Assembly (NCBI GenBank): GCA_046563655.1
Contig: CM102286.1
Coordinates: 186,001 to 250,000, forward strand
Length of the DNA stretch: 64,000 bases
Direction: 5' to 3'
DNA from: Yuukianura sp. NJ FZ-2021
Lineage: Eukaryota
Below the pieces are notes generated by a model. The model searched no databases and was not told where the DNA came from. It saw nothing but the letters and a program-made list of their open reading frames with translations. The position numbers and the translations under genes are program-made. This document shows, one piece after another, positions 47,376-61,304 of the stretch (within the stretch, counting starts at the first letter, position 1; each line of letters opens with the position of its first letter).

Positions 47376-49693
47376 CTAGAGGTTATCGTATTTGGCCCCG
47401 CTCCAGTCCAGCAGCCTGGACGTCTCTTTCGCTGATGCTGGAATCGCTGATTTCCTCTTCACTTTCCAACTGAATCTCCACATGTAAAATACAGCGATCA
47501 CCAACTAAACACACAAACATGTGCTACTCAAGTTTTCATTTTTTGAAGTTTTCAAACTAGTTTTCACTTGTTTCAAATTTGAAACTGAAGAATTTAGTTG
47601 ATTACTGAGATTAAGAGGAGTCCGACGCTGAAGAAAGCCCCGCCTTGAAACCCGTAGTTGTCGTACAAAACTCCAGCGATTGGAGAACCAACGCTGAAAG
47701 CGCCAGCGAAGAACCCCAAGTAGCATCCAGACACCAGACTCATCGTCTGCGACCTCTCACGCACCTCATCTCCACTAACCAAAAATAAAATTTCACAAAA
47801 ATTTAAAAAAGATTTCCAAAATTTGAAAATGTTGATGTTTTACCTAGCAGTGTTGAGAGCAGTGACAAATCCACCAATGAGAGCAGCCCCCGTCCCAGCA
47901 GCAGCCAATCCAATACCAACACAAGTACCTACAAAGGAGCTGCAATTCAAAAACACACGAAATTTAATAAAATACATGTAATAAAATATACAATAATATA
48001 AAATATGATAAATAAAGTATTTTTTTGTTTACGGAGTCCAGTTGAAGAGCGGGAGTGGCCCAATGAGAACATTTCCAGGAATGTCCAGCAACAGTCCAAG
48101 AACCACAACATAAACTGGATTGACTTTTGTCACAAGACGACCCCACAGCGGCAGTGGAACTGCGTACAAAAGACCTGACAGCCCAAACACAAGTCCAACG
48201 GCTACCGGACCTGCATCAAACTAGCACAAAATAAATAGTTAACTTACATTATGTTCAACAGTTTAGATTTTTTTTAAATAAATGTTCTGCTTTTATATCC
48301 TTCAAGTGTCGTATTAAGTGGCGAAAACTACTTTATGCAACGAATTTGTCTGTCCTTTTGTCTGGCTATTGGTCAGCGACGATTATGCGAGAAACGGCTC
48401 GTGCATTTACCAATTATCAGCCGTTTGCTATTGCAGCACCATCTTTCCCTACTTTCGTATACCGGAATTTTGCGCTACTTTTGTACACCGGAATCTTTCG
48501 CTACTTTTGTATACCGGAATCTTTCGCTACTTTCGTACACCGGAATGTTTCGGTACTTTCGTAGAGGGGTTTACATTTTTGTTTGAAATGTTACCGTGTG
48601 AGTGAGGAGCGGTGTCCAGAGAGTGTAGTTGAAGGCCATTGCAACCTGTACGCCCAGCAGCATGACGAAGTTCACAAGAATCGCTGGATCCTTGAGAATA
48701 GTGAGAGCACTCTGCTTCTGCGTCGGTTGAAGAGGTTCAGGCGTAAGCCAAATCACAAACGGAAGCATCACGCCAAGAAACACGTTCAAAAGACCAACAA
48801 CGATGAAAGGAACGCAGAAACCACCAGCCTACCATAAAGAAACAAAACAAACCAAAAATTTCAAAGATTTCAAAAAAAAAATAAAATGAATAAAATGACA
48901 TTTTGAAGATAAAACTTTTGTGCTTACCATATACCATGTAGAGTGCTCCACCAATCGGAGGGCCCACAGAGTACCCAATCGCCTGACCCATCTGAATTGT
49001 GGCCTATTTACATTTTACGTTAAATTAAATATTAAATATAATGGTTATTAATTGAAATTATAACATTGGAATATTGAAATATGATTAAGACTTGGACCTA
49101 CCATGATCATGGGCACATATTTAGGAAATTCGAGTGGGATAAGGGTGTACATGGCCACAAAGGCCGCAGAGCATGAAAAGGCTTCAGCCACTCTGATGAG
49201 GATGGAAATAAAAAGAAAGAGATCCAGATCCGGGAAGCGATCCACGAAGCCAAACGCCACCACGGACGCCCCTTGCACCACCACGCCACCAACAAACGCC
49301 CTCTTCACTCCAGTCACATACACCTAACAAAACGTCAGCAAAATATAAGTTCAAATGCAAAATAGTCAAATATAAAATGGTCAAAAGTGAGTTACGAGTG
49401 AACTCCAGAGGGGACATGAAACCACGACAGCAGCCTCGTACACACCGAAAACCAAACTGAACTCGGTGGCAGAAGCGTTCTTGGACTCCGCCTGTAAAAG
49501 TGGATGAAGTTAATTTTCTTAGGCTATTAACGTATTGTTATAATATGTTAAATATATTATGTACTATTTTAAAGTGTTTTGTGATTACAAGTTTAGGATA
49601 GAATGGTTGTTGGAGTGTGTAGATGACTGAACAGAGGAAGTTGACCGTGAAGAAGAAGGCTACGAGTGTCCACTGTCTCCTGGACAGATCCAT
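47376..49693 (-). CDS. MFS transporter, SLC18B1 (vesicular amine/polyamine transporter)-like
   Basis: Multi-exon hydrophobic protein: MDLSRRQW..QQPFYPKLAESK, LVFGVYE, FGFVDRF..IRVAEA, IGYSVGPPIGGALY, GFFAGAFSVGSPIAGVLYD.YGF. C-terminal ETSRLL dileucine and YDNL sorting-like motifs. Confidence 0.8.
48450..48563. repeat. 26-bp minisatellite, ~4.4 copies, in a transporter intron
   Basis: Unit TACTTTYGTAYACCGGAATCTTTCGC repeated head-to-tail. Confidence 0.9.
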
Positions 49694-50314
49694 TTCCAAC
49701 TTAATTTTTAAATTTTAAACTTTGAAAAACTTTGTGAGCACTTGGAGGGTGACATTTGGTTGTGTCCATGGTGGACTCTGTGATTCAACTGCTTAATCAC
49801 TTTTTAAACTCCTTTGTTGTGACTCTGACACATAAATTCTTTAAAGACAGAACACGTTTTGGCAAGCGAAACCTTTCCACTATCAATCCAAAATCAGGAA
49901 ATACAGGTTTCCAAAAAAGTTGTTGTTCTTTCAAAAAGATGAGTTTTTATGAGCTGAAAATTTTATTGTTTTAGTCACTCGAGTGACCTTTGTAAAAACT
50001 GAGTTTGGCTTAAATACATTCACAGAGCTCAGTGGACAGGAGACAGCGGAAGTCAAGCATTATGAAATGGAAATGGGAAATTTTGCACTTTTCAAAATTC
50101 TGGACAGATTTTAAAGTTTTCAAAATTTTTCAACTGATTTTGTTAGCTCCGGAAGTTGAGGAGTTAGGAAGGTTGAAGTATAGGTTTTTAGAGGAGCATT
50201 TTTGAACAAAAGTACAAACTATACAAAGTTAAGAAAAGTTTAAAAAGAGTTAAAAAAGTTGAGTGTTTTGTTTGATTTTTGGCAAGGTTGCATTATTCAG
50301 TAGTTTGTTCATGT

Positions 50315-51798
50315 TCATTTTTTGCCGTAGCCTTGGTTACTTCGTTGACCCACTCTCGCTCCGTAGTTTTTGGCCGGTGGGGAAGGTGGGGCCGAGTATG
50401 AAGATTGTGGTGGGGCCGAGTAGGAAGGTTGCGACGACCCACCGGAATAAGAGTTCCCATGCTCTTCTTGTTGATTGTACTGTTGAGGTGGTGGAGTGTA
50501 AGAAGTAGCCTGTGTTTCATATGTCGATTGTTGTGCTAGAAGTCCGGCCCCACCGGGTGGGCCGTAGCTGCTGGTAGGAGTTGAGTATTGGGGTGCCGGG
50601 GTGAAGCCACCTCCGTTTTTGTATCCTTGGTTTCCTCCACTTGGCCCACCGTAGGATTGTGATGGTGCTCCGTAGTTACTTCCAGGAGCGGAGGGTGGTG
50701 GGCCATAGTTGGAGGGTGGGGCTGAATACTGAGCATTTCCTTGCGATGGAGCTCCGTAGTTTTGACTCGGAGATCCGAATTGGGCTGGTGGGGCTCCATA
50801 AGAAGAAGATGATGGTGGGGCTCCGTATGAAGATGAAGGTGGGGCTCCATAAGATGAGGAGCCACCGGAGTTGCCACCGGAGTTTCCGTAGCCACCTCGA
50901 TTCGGTTCTGGAAACTTGGCTTCTCCTTCTAAAATTCCGAAATGAGGGATTTTAAAAATCAAGTTAATGAAAGTCTAAATTCTAAAATCCTAAAATCCTA
51001 AATTCTAAAAGCGAAAGTCTATAAATTTTGAAAATGAAGCCTATAAATTTTATGAAAGTCTATAAATACCGTAGGTCACTTCGGCGTTGAATCCGTTTTG
51101 CCAGTCAGCAGTGTACTTGACAGTCTGAGTTCTTCCGTCCGGCAGAAGAACTTTGTACTGTCCATTGACGACACTTCCGTCGCTCGTCTCCTCTCGGTTG
51201 TAGTCGTTTCCATAGTAATCCTTCACGGCATAAGCAAAGTTGTAAGGCATCGGAACCTCCTGCATCTAGTACAAAAGAATTATTATTATAAATAATTCAA
51301 TTAATAGAAAATAATTAATGGCTTACTTGTCCGTAGCCACCGCTGTTGCCACCATATCCACCTTGGTTGCCACCAGGGGCTCCATAGCTAGACGATGGAT
51401 TGTTGTATCCTTGACCTCCTCCGTTGGAATAAGAGTTTGATGGGGCGCCATAAGAACTGGAAGGACCGTGGGAATTTCCTGGAGCTCCATACGAACTACT
51501 GGGCATGTGGTAGGATTGTGGTGGGGCCGGGTTGAATGAATGACCTTGACCCCCTGACCCACCATATCCTTGGCCAAATCCACCCCCTGACCCACCGAAC
51601 CCACCACCAGACGGAACAGGAGGCTCTCCTCTGGTCAATCCAAGTACCAGTACAATCAACGCAAGACGCTACAACAAATTCAGAAAAAAAAAATCAAAAA
51701 CTCCAAAATTATGTGTCTTTTTTCTTCAAAATTCATTTTTTTTTCCAACATTTCAACTTTTCAGTTTTCTAGAAATGAAAAAATGATTGTACCTGCAT
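50315..51798 (-). CDS. Pro-resilin-like cuticular protein (YGAP repeats flanking an RR-2 domain)
   Basis: Exons 51798-51793, ~51669-51328 (signal, SSSYGAP repeats), ~51265-51074 (MPYNFAYAVKD..GQYKVLLPDGRTQTVKYTADW.NGFNAEVTY), ~50928-50315 (SSYGAPP repeats). TATA at ~51978-51985. Confidence 0.92.
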
Positions 51799-53298
51799 GA
51801 TTTTTCGAAGAAAAGGTTAGGACCAACGGATTTCCTTCTTTTGTCCAACTGAGTGTCTCAAGTATTTCACACTTGAAAGTTTAGATTCTTAAGCGTCCAA
51901 GATGCTTGAAATGCTGGCAGTAGTTGAGATGCTGAGAAGTACTTGCGGAATGATGCTGTTGGAGGGATGTGATTGGATTTTTATAGCGAGACGTCTTGAG
52001 GACACGCTTGGTCTCGCTTAAGGGTGACGACGGACACTTTGGTGGTGGGAGGCCTCCATTTTCCCATCCACTCCCTGCATCGGGATCAAGGCACTTCACA
52101 CCAACCACATTAAGGGCCACATCTTCCAGAACATGGACCCCTTAAGTCACTTCTAAATTCGCCTTACAGCCATGCTCAAACGCAAACGTCACCGCTCAGC
52201 GGTGCTTGCTACTCCAGAAGCAAGAGAAATATTTTAGGTTTGTTCAAATCCTGTTTTAGCCTGCTTTTTTTGCTTTTAAAACAAAACCAGCAAGCATCGC
52301 TCTTCATTCTCGCTGTTGCTTAGTTTTTCCTGCTTTGAAATGTATCGGTTAAATAACTTTTTAGGGCGAATTTGACATTTAAGAAGTTACAACTAACTAA
52401 TAACTGCACTATCTACCTTATCGTTTGGAAGTGTAATTTGTTAAATTTACATGGATTCAGTAACCTATGTTAAACGAATGCGAGTCAGCAATCCCTTTAT
52501 ATCAGTGTTTTTGCTTTTAAAGCAAAGAACGCAAAAATAGCTTATTTACAGCAAAAAGCAAAGCATTGACTTTAAAAAGCGCTTTTTATGGAACATTGTA
52601 AGTTATAGTGGAAGTTTGAAGGTTGGCGCAACATCCGAATGGCGCAAGGTGACAACATCGAGTGTTGCCAGCGTAGGACGGAAACGTTTTATGATAGTTA
52701 TGTGATGCTTCTCATTTGATAAGAGTATCAATGCGTGTAGGTTGCACAAGTGTAGATGTGTTAGATTGGAGGCACAAAAGCGGTTGCAAATTTGCCTTGT
52801 GTCGGCGGCTAATTTCAAATCTGTGCGGAATCTGTGAATGATGAGTGCATGGGAGAGGAAGTGGGTTTTCTGAAATGGATTTTTGATGCAACTCAATTCA
52901 TGAATTTAGCAAAAGAGTTGAGCAACAAAGCAATTCGAGTCGGTGGACTCACAATTCTTTAACGCTGAGATGGACACCATTGGCAGATGACACGATGGAC
53001 ATGGCACACTTTGGACCCTTTGTCACCCCAGTCAACGTCCAACGGATCCCTTAAGTCATCACTTTTTAGGGATTGTAAAATGGACTTGATTTGATAAATT
53101 GCCATTATGTTGTTGATGCCTTTGCGCTCTGATTACGCCCTCATCACTCTTCCCAAATTGTGCACAAATTCATAAATTAAGCACCCACTTTCTCACCAAT
53201 TTCAATTTCAAAGGAAAGTGGACACAGAGTCCATGTCAACTTTTCCAGAATCCAATGACCTCCCATTTTAACAGAAAACTAAAAAATCATTATGAACC

Positions 53299-53474
53299 GG
53301 TTCCAGGTCATTAGCGCCAAAACAATAAGCGCCAATTTCAAAAGTTGCCAACATTTTGTAAAAACTCGTAATCCGAATAAGATTCAGTTCCACTGTTGCC
53401 ACATTGCTGAAGCTGGTTCAGTACCACCGTTGCCACTTCTCTGAATTGGCGCTTATTGTTTTGGTGGTAAATGG
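53299..53474. mobile_element. Short inverted-repeat element (MITE family; second copy at 57631-57810)
   Basis: Arms CCAAAACAATAAGCGCCAATT / AATTGGCGCTTATTGTTTTGG; internal GATTCAGTTCCACTGTTGCCA is shared with the second copy. Confidence 0.65.
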
Positions 53475-54409
53475 TGATGAAATCACGTGTGCTAAGTATG
53501 GACCGAGTGAAGTGTCAGAGTGACCCTGAAGATGGTCGTGAAGTTGTGAAATGAGGCAGCAGGGGGTAGTAATTTGATTTCAATTAAGTAGGAAGGTGTC
53601 AATTAATAAATGAGGAGCAATGCCAATTGTCTAGGAGAGCCCCACATAATTCGCCCTAATTCTTGCCCTTGACAACATCTCCTCCCCCCAATTGGGGCTC
53701 CTTTCAATCGGCCCAATTTCACCATTAGCACACAGTTTCATCTTCTCTGGTCATCTTCACCAAGGCTCCTCTAAGGGTCTCACTTAAGTCCCTTCAATGA
53801 TCCAGCCAATCTGTACAAGTAGCGAGGCGTGTGAGGACGATTGACTGTGTGCCAATTGTGCACGGAACAATTAGTACCTTGTAAATTTTCACATTAGCCC
53901 CTCTCAATGGAACTCCAATTGAAATTCCCTGCTTGGCTGAGCACAAACTCCCATCAATGGTAGCGTGATGAGCGGAGCCAAGTGATTGTGGATGCTCAGT
54001 TGCATAATCAACTACTGCGTTAATAAATTAAAGTCCAACTACGCTCCGACAGTTTCACTACCAGCACCAACCTCCACAGAAACACAGCATTATTACTCCA
54101 AATTCATGACAGTACTCAAATCAGTCGTCCTTTTGTCTCTCCTCAATCAAAAGTTTCACCAATATCATGCTACATTTCCAAAAGAAGTACTGTCAAACCA
54201 AAAAAAAATATTTTAACTTGAATTAGTCTGAAGACCAATTTTGATCGAAATCGGAAACAAGAAAAGTTTTAATTTTTTGTCAGAATTTTCTAAGAATTCA
54301 ACATTTTTGAAAGCGGGTCAAAAAATATATTTTCATGGTCAGGGGGTCTTAAGATAATTTGTTAAAAAAAATTTTTTTTTAGAGTTAACATTTTCCGGTT
54401 TGAGTGTAT

Positions 54410-54800
54410 AAGGAGTAGAATTCCAAATTTCAAAACACTAAAGGTGGAAATTTAGAGTTATAAGAAAAATTCTAAATTTCAAAAGGCTAGAAGATTAGTA
54501 GGAAATTTAGAACATAAGTAAAACTCCTAATTCTAACTCCTAATTCTCATTAATGTCGAAAATTTTGACTCGGTGACGAACTTCTAATTCTCAGGAAGAT
54601 TCGAAGCAGAATTCCGAACTTCAAAAAGCTATAAATTTAATAGGAAATTTAGAGTTTAATATAAACAAAATTCCAAGTTTCAAAAAGCTATAAATTTAAT
54701 AGGAAATGTAGAGTATAATGTAAACAAAATTCCAAATTTGAAAAAGCTAGAGGTCCAAACTTCAAAAAGCTATAAATTTAGTAGGAAATTTTGAGTGTAA
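54410..54800. repeat. Degenerate AT-rich tandem repeat (~62-bp unit)
   Basis: Recurring AATTCCAAxTTTCAAAAAGCTATAAATTTAATAGGAAATTTAGAGT. Confidence 0.65.
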
Positions 54801-55827
54801 TGCAAGAATAACGAGTGAATTTTAATTCTGAGTTTGGATTACTTCAACCTCTGACATATGTTGGTGTGGTGCGTTAAAAATCGAATTATAAAATTGAATT
54901 TATAATTTATAATAATGCACATAAAAAAAAATGAATTTGTACGAATCAAAACAAATACAAACCCAGATAGGCTCTTTTTCTACTTCGTATATAATATTAT
55001 ATTATATTATTAATTTTTATTATTCTTATTTTGATTTAATAATTCTAGTCTATTTTTCATATACAATAATATTATTGTTGTAATACATAATAGCCTCAAT
55101 GGTATTTTTTTTTCGGGGAATGTGTAAACGTATGAATTTTCAAATGACGGAATTTCCCGCCGTATATTTGTTGGGGTTGCACAAGCAGGTCCACATCACC
55201 CCCGCTTACCCGATCCATCGCATATGGGCATAATTAAACAATTAAATTAAATTCTGGTGGCAGCTGGAAGCTAGGGACTCGCTAATCCTCGGAATCCTCC
55301 GTGGTTTTCAGTAAGGAGTTTTTTTTAGTGCCTCTGCCTGCTGCTGATTAATTCCATTTTGACAGGTTGGATGTTTTGAGAGGTAGTCATTTGCACTGCC
55401 GGGATATCATCATCATCGGGTCATCAATCTCATCTGGCCATCTCCACACTCGCTTATCTTCTCCTGTTGTGGTAAGGTTAGTAACAATTAGTCACCCCCT
55501 TTGCTTAATTAAGTGACTCACACGAAGACTACAGTTTGGTTTTGGTCTTTTAAACTGACATTGACAGCCTGTCAGTCATAAACACTCAAACCACTTTTCC
55601 CTAATTTTTTAGGTTCTGGAACCGTCGGTGACCTGGGTGTAACCAAAGCAAAGCTGGAGAAGAATTCAGAAAGTACTAAAAAGTAGTAAGTGACAGTAAA
55701 AAGTAAGATCTTGAACGATGTTTTGATAATAAGTGACTCAAAGTCTTTGTTTTTAGTTGACCAGCCTACCACCATAACACGACGGAAGGATCATCTGACG
55801 ACTGGCATGTAACTTAGGCGATTGACG

Positions 55828-58800
55828 ATGGCCCAGCATTACAGTTTATATACGACCGGATCTCGGATATGGATTCACGAAAAGGAGCGATGGAAGAGCG
55901 GTGTAGTTTTGGCAGACTGCGATGGCAAGACACTCGCGTACAAATGCGACGACGATGGAACGTCCAAAGTCATTAGCTCGTCACCTCTACAACTTCCACC
56001 TCTACGAAATCCAGACATTCTGATTGGTCTGAATGACTTAACATCCCTGTCATACCTCCATGAACCCGGAGTACTTTTTAACCTAAAGTATCGATTTACG
56101 GAGATGAAGACCATTTACACTTACTGTGGAATTGTGCTGGTGGCTATCAATCCTTATCAGAAAATAGGCATCTATGGAGTGGAGACAATGTGGACATATC
56201 GGGGTCATGCCATTGGGGAGTTGGAGCCACATGTATTTGCAGTAGCCGAAGAAGCATTCAAGGAAATGGAACGGTAAAAAAATGTCAAACGTTTCTGAAA
56301 CGTTTTTCATAAAAATTGTTTTCTTTTGCAGGGCATCGCTGAATCAATCGATAATCGTTTCCGGAGAAAGTGGTGCTGGGAAAACAGTATCAGCGAAGTA
56401 TGCCATGCGGTATTTTGCTACCGTGGGAGGTGCTGAATCAGTGACAAGTATTGAACGGAAAGTACTCGCTTCGCAGCCAATCATGGAAGCTATTGGGAAT
56501 GCCAAGACAACTCGAAATGACAACTCAAGTCGATTTGGAAAATATGTCGAACTTCAATTCAGTTCCATTTATTCAATCATGGGAGCCTCCATGCGAACTT
56601 ACCTTCTGGAAAAGTCTCGCGTTGTGTTCCAGGCTCCAGGTATAAGTTTAAATCCAAAAATCGAAATCATGAAAACGTTTGTTTTTGTGTTTGAAACGTT
56701 TATTTTGCTACAGGAGAGCGAAACTATCACATTTTTTATCAAATCCTGACATCTGAAGACGACGAAGTATCTGATCTGTCTCTTCGATCAACATCTTTCA
56801 ACTACACCAAGACAATGACAATCAAAGGTGTCAATGATGCCAGTCAATTCACAGAAACCGTTCAGTCCATGAAACTACTAGGATTTGGAATCGATGATCG
56901 TCGAAACTACTTTAAACTACTCGCTTCCATTTTGCATCTTGGAAATATCGTGTTTGAGCAAAAAGATGAAGGTTGTGTCATCCCCATGCCTTCAACTCCA
57001 CTCACAGTTCTCTCCAACCTCCTCTCCATTTCTGCCTCGGAACTCATCAAATGGCTCACTTTTCGGCGAATTCGATCCGCTCATGAAGAATTTCTGAAAC
57101 CAATGACCGTCGTGGAAGCAGAGTTTTCGAGAGATGCTTTAGCCAAACTCATGTACGACCTCAGTTTCAACTGGATCGTGGACAGGGTCAACGAAACTCT
57201 CAAAAGTGATGAAGAATGTTTCAAGTTCATTGGAGTTCTGGACATTTATGGATTTGAGACGTTCGAGGTCAATTCCTTTGAGCAGTTTTGTATCAACTAT
57301 GCCAATGAAAAGTTGCAACAGCAGTTCAACTCCCACATGTTCAAACTGGATCAAGAGGAGTACGCGAAGGAGTCGATTGAGTGGACTTTCATTGATTTCT
57401 ATGACAACCAACCCTGTATTGACCTCATTGAGGCCAAATTAGGCATACTGAGTTTACTAGACGAAGAGACGAGGATGCCAGCAGCTAATGACAAGTCATG
57501 GACCATGAAACTGTACAAAGAGTGTGCGAAATATGCCCATTTTCATACGCCAAAGAGAGCTGATGGAGAGGATTTTACTGTTGCACATTTCGCAAGTGAG
57601 GTAAGTATAGTAAGTAAGTAAGATAGCATAGCAGGTCATTAGCACGAAAACAATAAGCCCGAATTGAGCAATTTGGCAACAGTGGAACTGAATCTGAGTA
57701 GGTTTCATTGGTAATGTAGGTTCAGTGTTGCTGACTTATGGAATTCGCGTTTATTGTTTTCGTGCTTATTGTTTTCGCTCTTAATGTTTTCCGTACAATT
57801 ACATGGAACCTTATTTTTTCAGTAATCATAAGGTGTTGCTTTGACTATTAGCTTTGTAGAAGACTAAAATTAATCAAAAAATGATTGATGATTTACGACA
57901 TCACGAATGATAACAATTGTCATGCTTTTTTTTTTTATAGGTGAAGTACACGAGCAGTGGATTTTTGGAGAAGAATCGTGACACTGTCTTGGCAGATCAA
58001 ATTCAGACAGTCAAGAATTCAACAGTGAGTTTACAAACTAAAAGAAACTGAACAGGCAGACTGTTTTAAGTTTTAGTTTATTTACTTCGTTTGTTTGTTT
58101 GTTTTTTTGCTTCCAGAATCCTTTCATTGCCTCGATCATATCCATTGACACTTCGGCAGCCAGGAAGAAAACAGTTTCAACTCAATTCAGATCTTCCCTG
58201 ACTTCACTCATGACTTCTCTCAATTCTACAACTCCTCACTACATCCGTTGTATCAAACCAAACGACGACAAATTGCCATTCCAATTCGAAGATTCTCGTG
58301 CTCTTCAGCAACTTCGTGCTTGCGGTGTTCTAGAAACTGTAAGAATTCAGGCCAGTGGATTTCCAACACGGTGGACTTATATTGACTTTGCAAAAAGATA
58401 CAGAGTTCTCTGCAATTCAAAAGAAATTAAACGGAATGACCTCAAGGCCACTTCAATCGGAATCCTCCATCGAAATATCACGGACTCATCCACCTACAAG
58501 TTAGGCACAACAAAAATCTTCTTCCGCTCAGGCGTACTTGCCTTTTTAGAAAAACTTAGAAGTGCCAAGTTGCACGCCTGCATTCTCCGAGTTCAAAAAA
58601 CCGTGCGTGGGTGGCTGGCAAGACGACGATTTGCAAAGATCAAGAGAAGCTGTGCTCTTTTGCAACGATATGGGCTTGGCTTCTTGGCTCGACGACGGTT
58701 TCTGTTCATGCGTCAAACCGCTGCGGCTATCAAGATCCAGAAACAAGCGAGGATGTACATCATCCGCAGAGATTACGTCATGCTGCGGGATCTTGTTTCC

Positions 58801-61304
58801 AAATTGCAGACGCATTGTCGCACTTATCTGGCGAAGAGAAAGGCCCAAGCCCTCCGCGTTGAAAAAGCGACCATCACAATCCAGAAAAACGTTCGGATGT
58901 TTCTGGTCAGAAGGAAGTACGAGAGAATTCGTCGTGGAATTATCCTGCTCCAGTCATGCACGCGAAGATGGTTGGCCAAGCGGGAGTTGAAGACGCTGAA
59001 GTTAGAAGCCAGGAGTTTAGAGCATGTGAAACAACTGAACAAAGGCCTGGAGAACAAGATTATTGAATTGCAGTTGAAAATTGAAGGTCAGACGAAGGTC
59101 ATGCACAAGTCGGAAGCAATGGCAACTGAATTGGCAATATTGAAAAGTCAAGTGACACAGTTGAAACAACTGGAAGCTAAGCACAAGCAAGCATTAACGA
59201 CGATCGAGACACAGGCAGCAAGTATATTGAAGTTAGAGTCCAGTTTGAGACAAGAAACCGACGAAAAAGTGGATTTGGTTTACAGAAACAAGAAACTGGA
59301 GGGAGATTGTACCGATTTCAAAACGCGGCTGAGTCGGTTGGAAGCAGACAATTTGAAAATGGAAGAAGAAATTAAGAAACTTATGCAGCAACTAACTGGA
59401 TTCAATAATTTGAAAAACGATTACGAAACGTTGGAGCGGGAAAGAGACGAAGAACGGATGATCGGGCGAAACATGAAACCGAACAAAAACGTTCCGGTTC
59501 CTTTACCGCGTGTGAAAGCTCCACCTCCGACCGATACTTTTGTTAATACACTTCAAATTGAAAACGCCTTACTTAGGAAGAAGTTGGACGAAAGTACTTT
59601 GGATATCTTGAAATTGCATGACCTTGAAATGCAAAATGAGCAAGCACAGGCCAATTACAAGAAGTTGATGCTCAGTAAGAGTCCGAGTGACGAAGTATCT
59701 AGATTAGTGAAACAACAAACGGAAGAACTCGGATTAAAGAGGGAAGAAAACTTGATGCTGCGGAGTTTATTGAGTACTGGAAACAGCGATCGTGAAATCA
59801 TAACGACTTTGGAGCAACAGCTGACTGCTGAGAAACTGAATGTGAAGCATCTCCAAGAAGAGAACAAACGACTTCGTGGTTATGCTGGAAAGGAAGAAGA
59901 ATCTTCAGTTTACGAAACGGCAGCATATGAACTGAATAGTAATAGAATGCTGAATCATTCGCCAGCATCTTATACTGGATCAGTTACACAGATACTGCCG
60001 AGGAGAGAGATGTCGGTGGAGAATTATACTGGATTGCTCCAGTATGAACCTTCAGCTGAGCATCGAATACTCAAATCAATCTTGGTGGATTTGAAACCAG
60101 CGGTGGCTCTCACTCTGGAACCACCAACACTTCCAGCATTCATTATCTTCATGATGATCAAGTACATCGATTCTATCAATGATGACACGCGACTTCAACC
60201 ACTTTTCAAAAGTTTTGTCAAAATGTCAAACAAGGTAAAAATTTACAAAAATTAGGACATCACCGTCTGGCATAAATTCTATAATTTCTACAATTCTAAA
60301 ATCCTATAACTTCTATAATTTCTATAATTCATTTATAACTCAAACTCCCTAATATTGATATTTTTTAGGTGATACAAAAAAGAAATCAACTGGACTACAA
60401 CTTTCTGTGGCTGAGCAACGTTTTGCGTCTTTTACACAATCTGAAGCAGTACAGCGGTGAACCAGCATTTGTACGAGAAAACACCGCCAAACAAAACGAC
60501 CAATGCTTAGTCAATTTCGATTTGATTGAGTTTCGAAAAGGCCTAAGTGACATCGGACTTCGGTTCTACGTCGGTCTCATCAAAAACTTTGAAGACCTCG
60601 TGCAGCCCCTCATTGTGCCAGCAATACTCGAATCAAGTCCAGAACTATCTTCTGCCATGGTCAACTCCAAAGACAAATCAACTTCCATGGAGAAACTCAC
60701 GAGAGAACTGACACTCAACTACGATCTCCTCACTAAATTTCAAGTAGATGCAGAAGTAGTTGTGCAAATATTCAGACAAGTATTCTACTACCTCACGGCA
60801 GCATCCATGAACAACCTTCTTCTGAGAAAAGATTTGTGCAACTGGACGAATGGATTACAAATCAGATACAACATTTCTACGTTAGAAGAGTGGTGCAGAG
60901 ATAAAAATCTGGACTCGATTATTCCGATTCTTCAGCCGATTATCCAGGCCAGTCGATTACTCCAAGCCAACAAGTCGGAGAAAGACGTGGACTTTGTCTG
61001 TGAAATGTGCGATGAGTTGACAGTGAGTCAAGTGATCAAGATCCTCCATCTTTTTACGGCAGATGAAGAGGACCTCAGGATTTCACCTTCGTTTATTAAA
61101 CAAGTGCAAGAGAAGTTGAGTAAGCGGAAGGCTAGGAATACTGAGCGGAATGCTGGAGATACTGCGGAGATTCCGCAACAGTTGCTCATGGACACCAAGC
61201 ATCTACTGCCGGTCAAGTTTCCCTATCACCCCTCAAGCATTAAATTAGAAGAACTCAACATTCCAGACAGCCTCGGCCTCAACGACTTGGTCACAAAATT
61301 GTAA
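55828..61304 (+). CDS. Myo5: Unconventional myosin V (1592 aa; motor, 6 IQ motifs, coiled coil, DIL domain)
   Basis: Exons 55828-56273, 56332-56639, 56714-57600, 57941-58024, 58117-60234, 60369-61304, all in phase. [34 protein letters not shown], six IQ motifs, and DIL domain ([19 protein letters not shown]). Confidence 0.95.
57631..57810. mobile_element. Second copy of the 53.3-kb inverted-repeat element, in myosin V intron 3
   Basis: Arms AGCACGAAAACAATAA / TTATTGTTTTCGTGCT; internal TGGCAACAGTGGAACTGAATC is the reverse complement of 53381-53401. Confidence 0.65.

Noticed and set aside
48450..48563. CRISPR-like array
   Set aside because: The units are head-to-tail with no unique spacers, and the context is a eukaryotic intron; it is a minisatellite.
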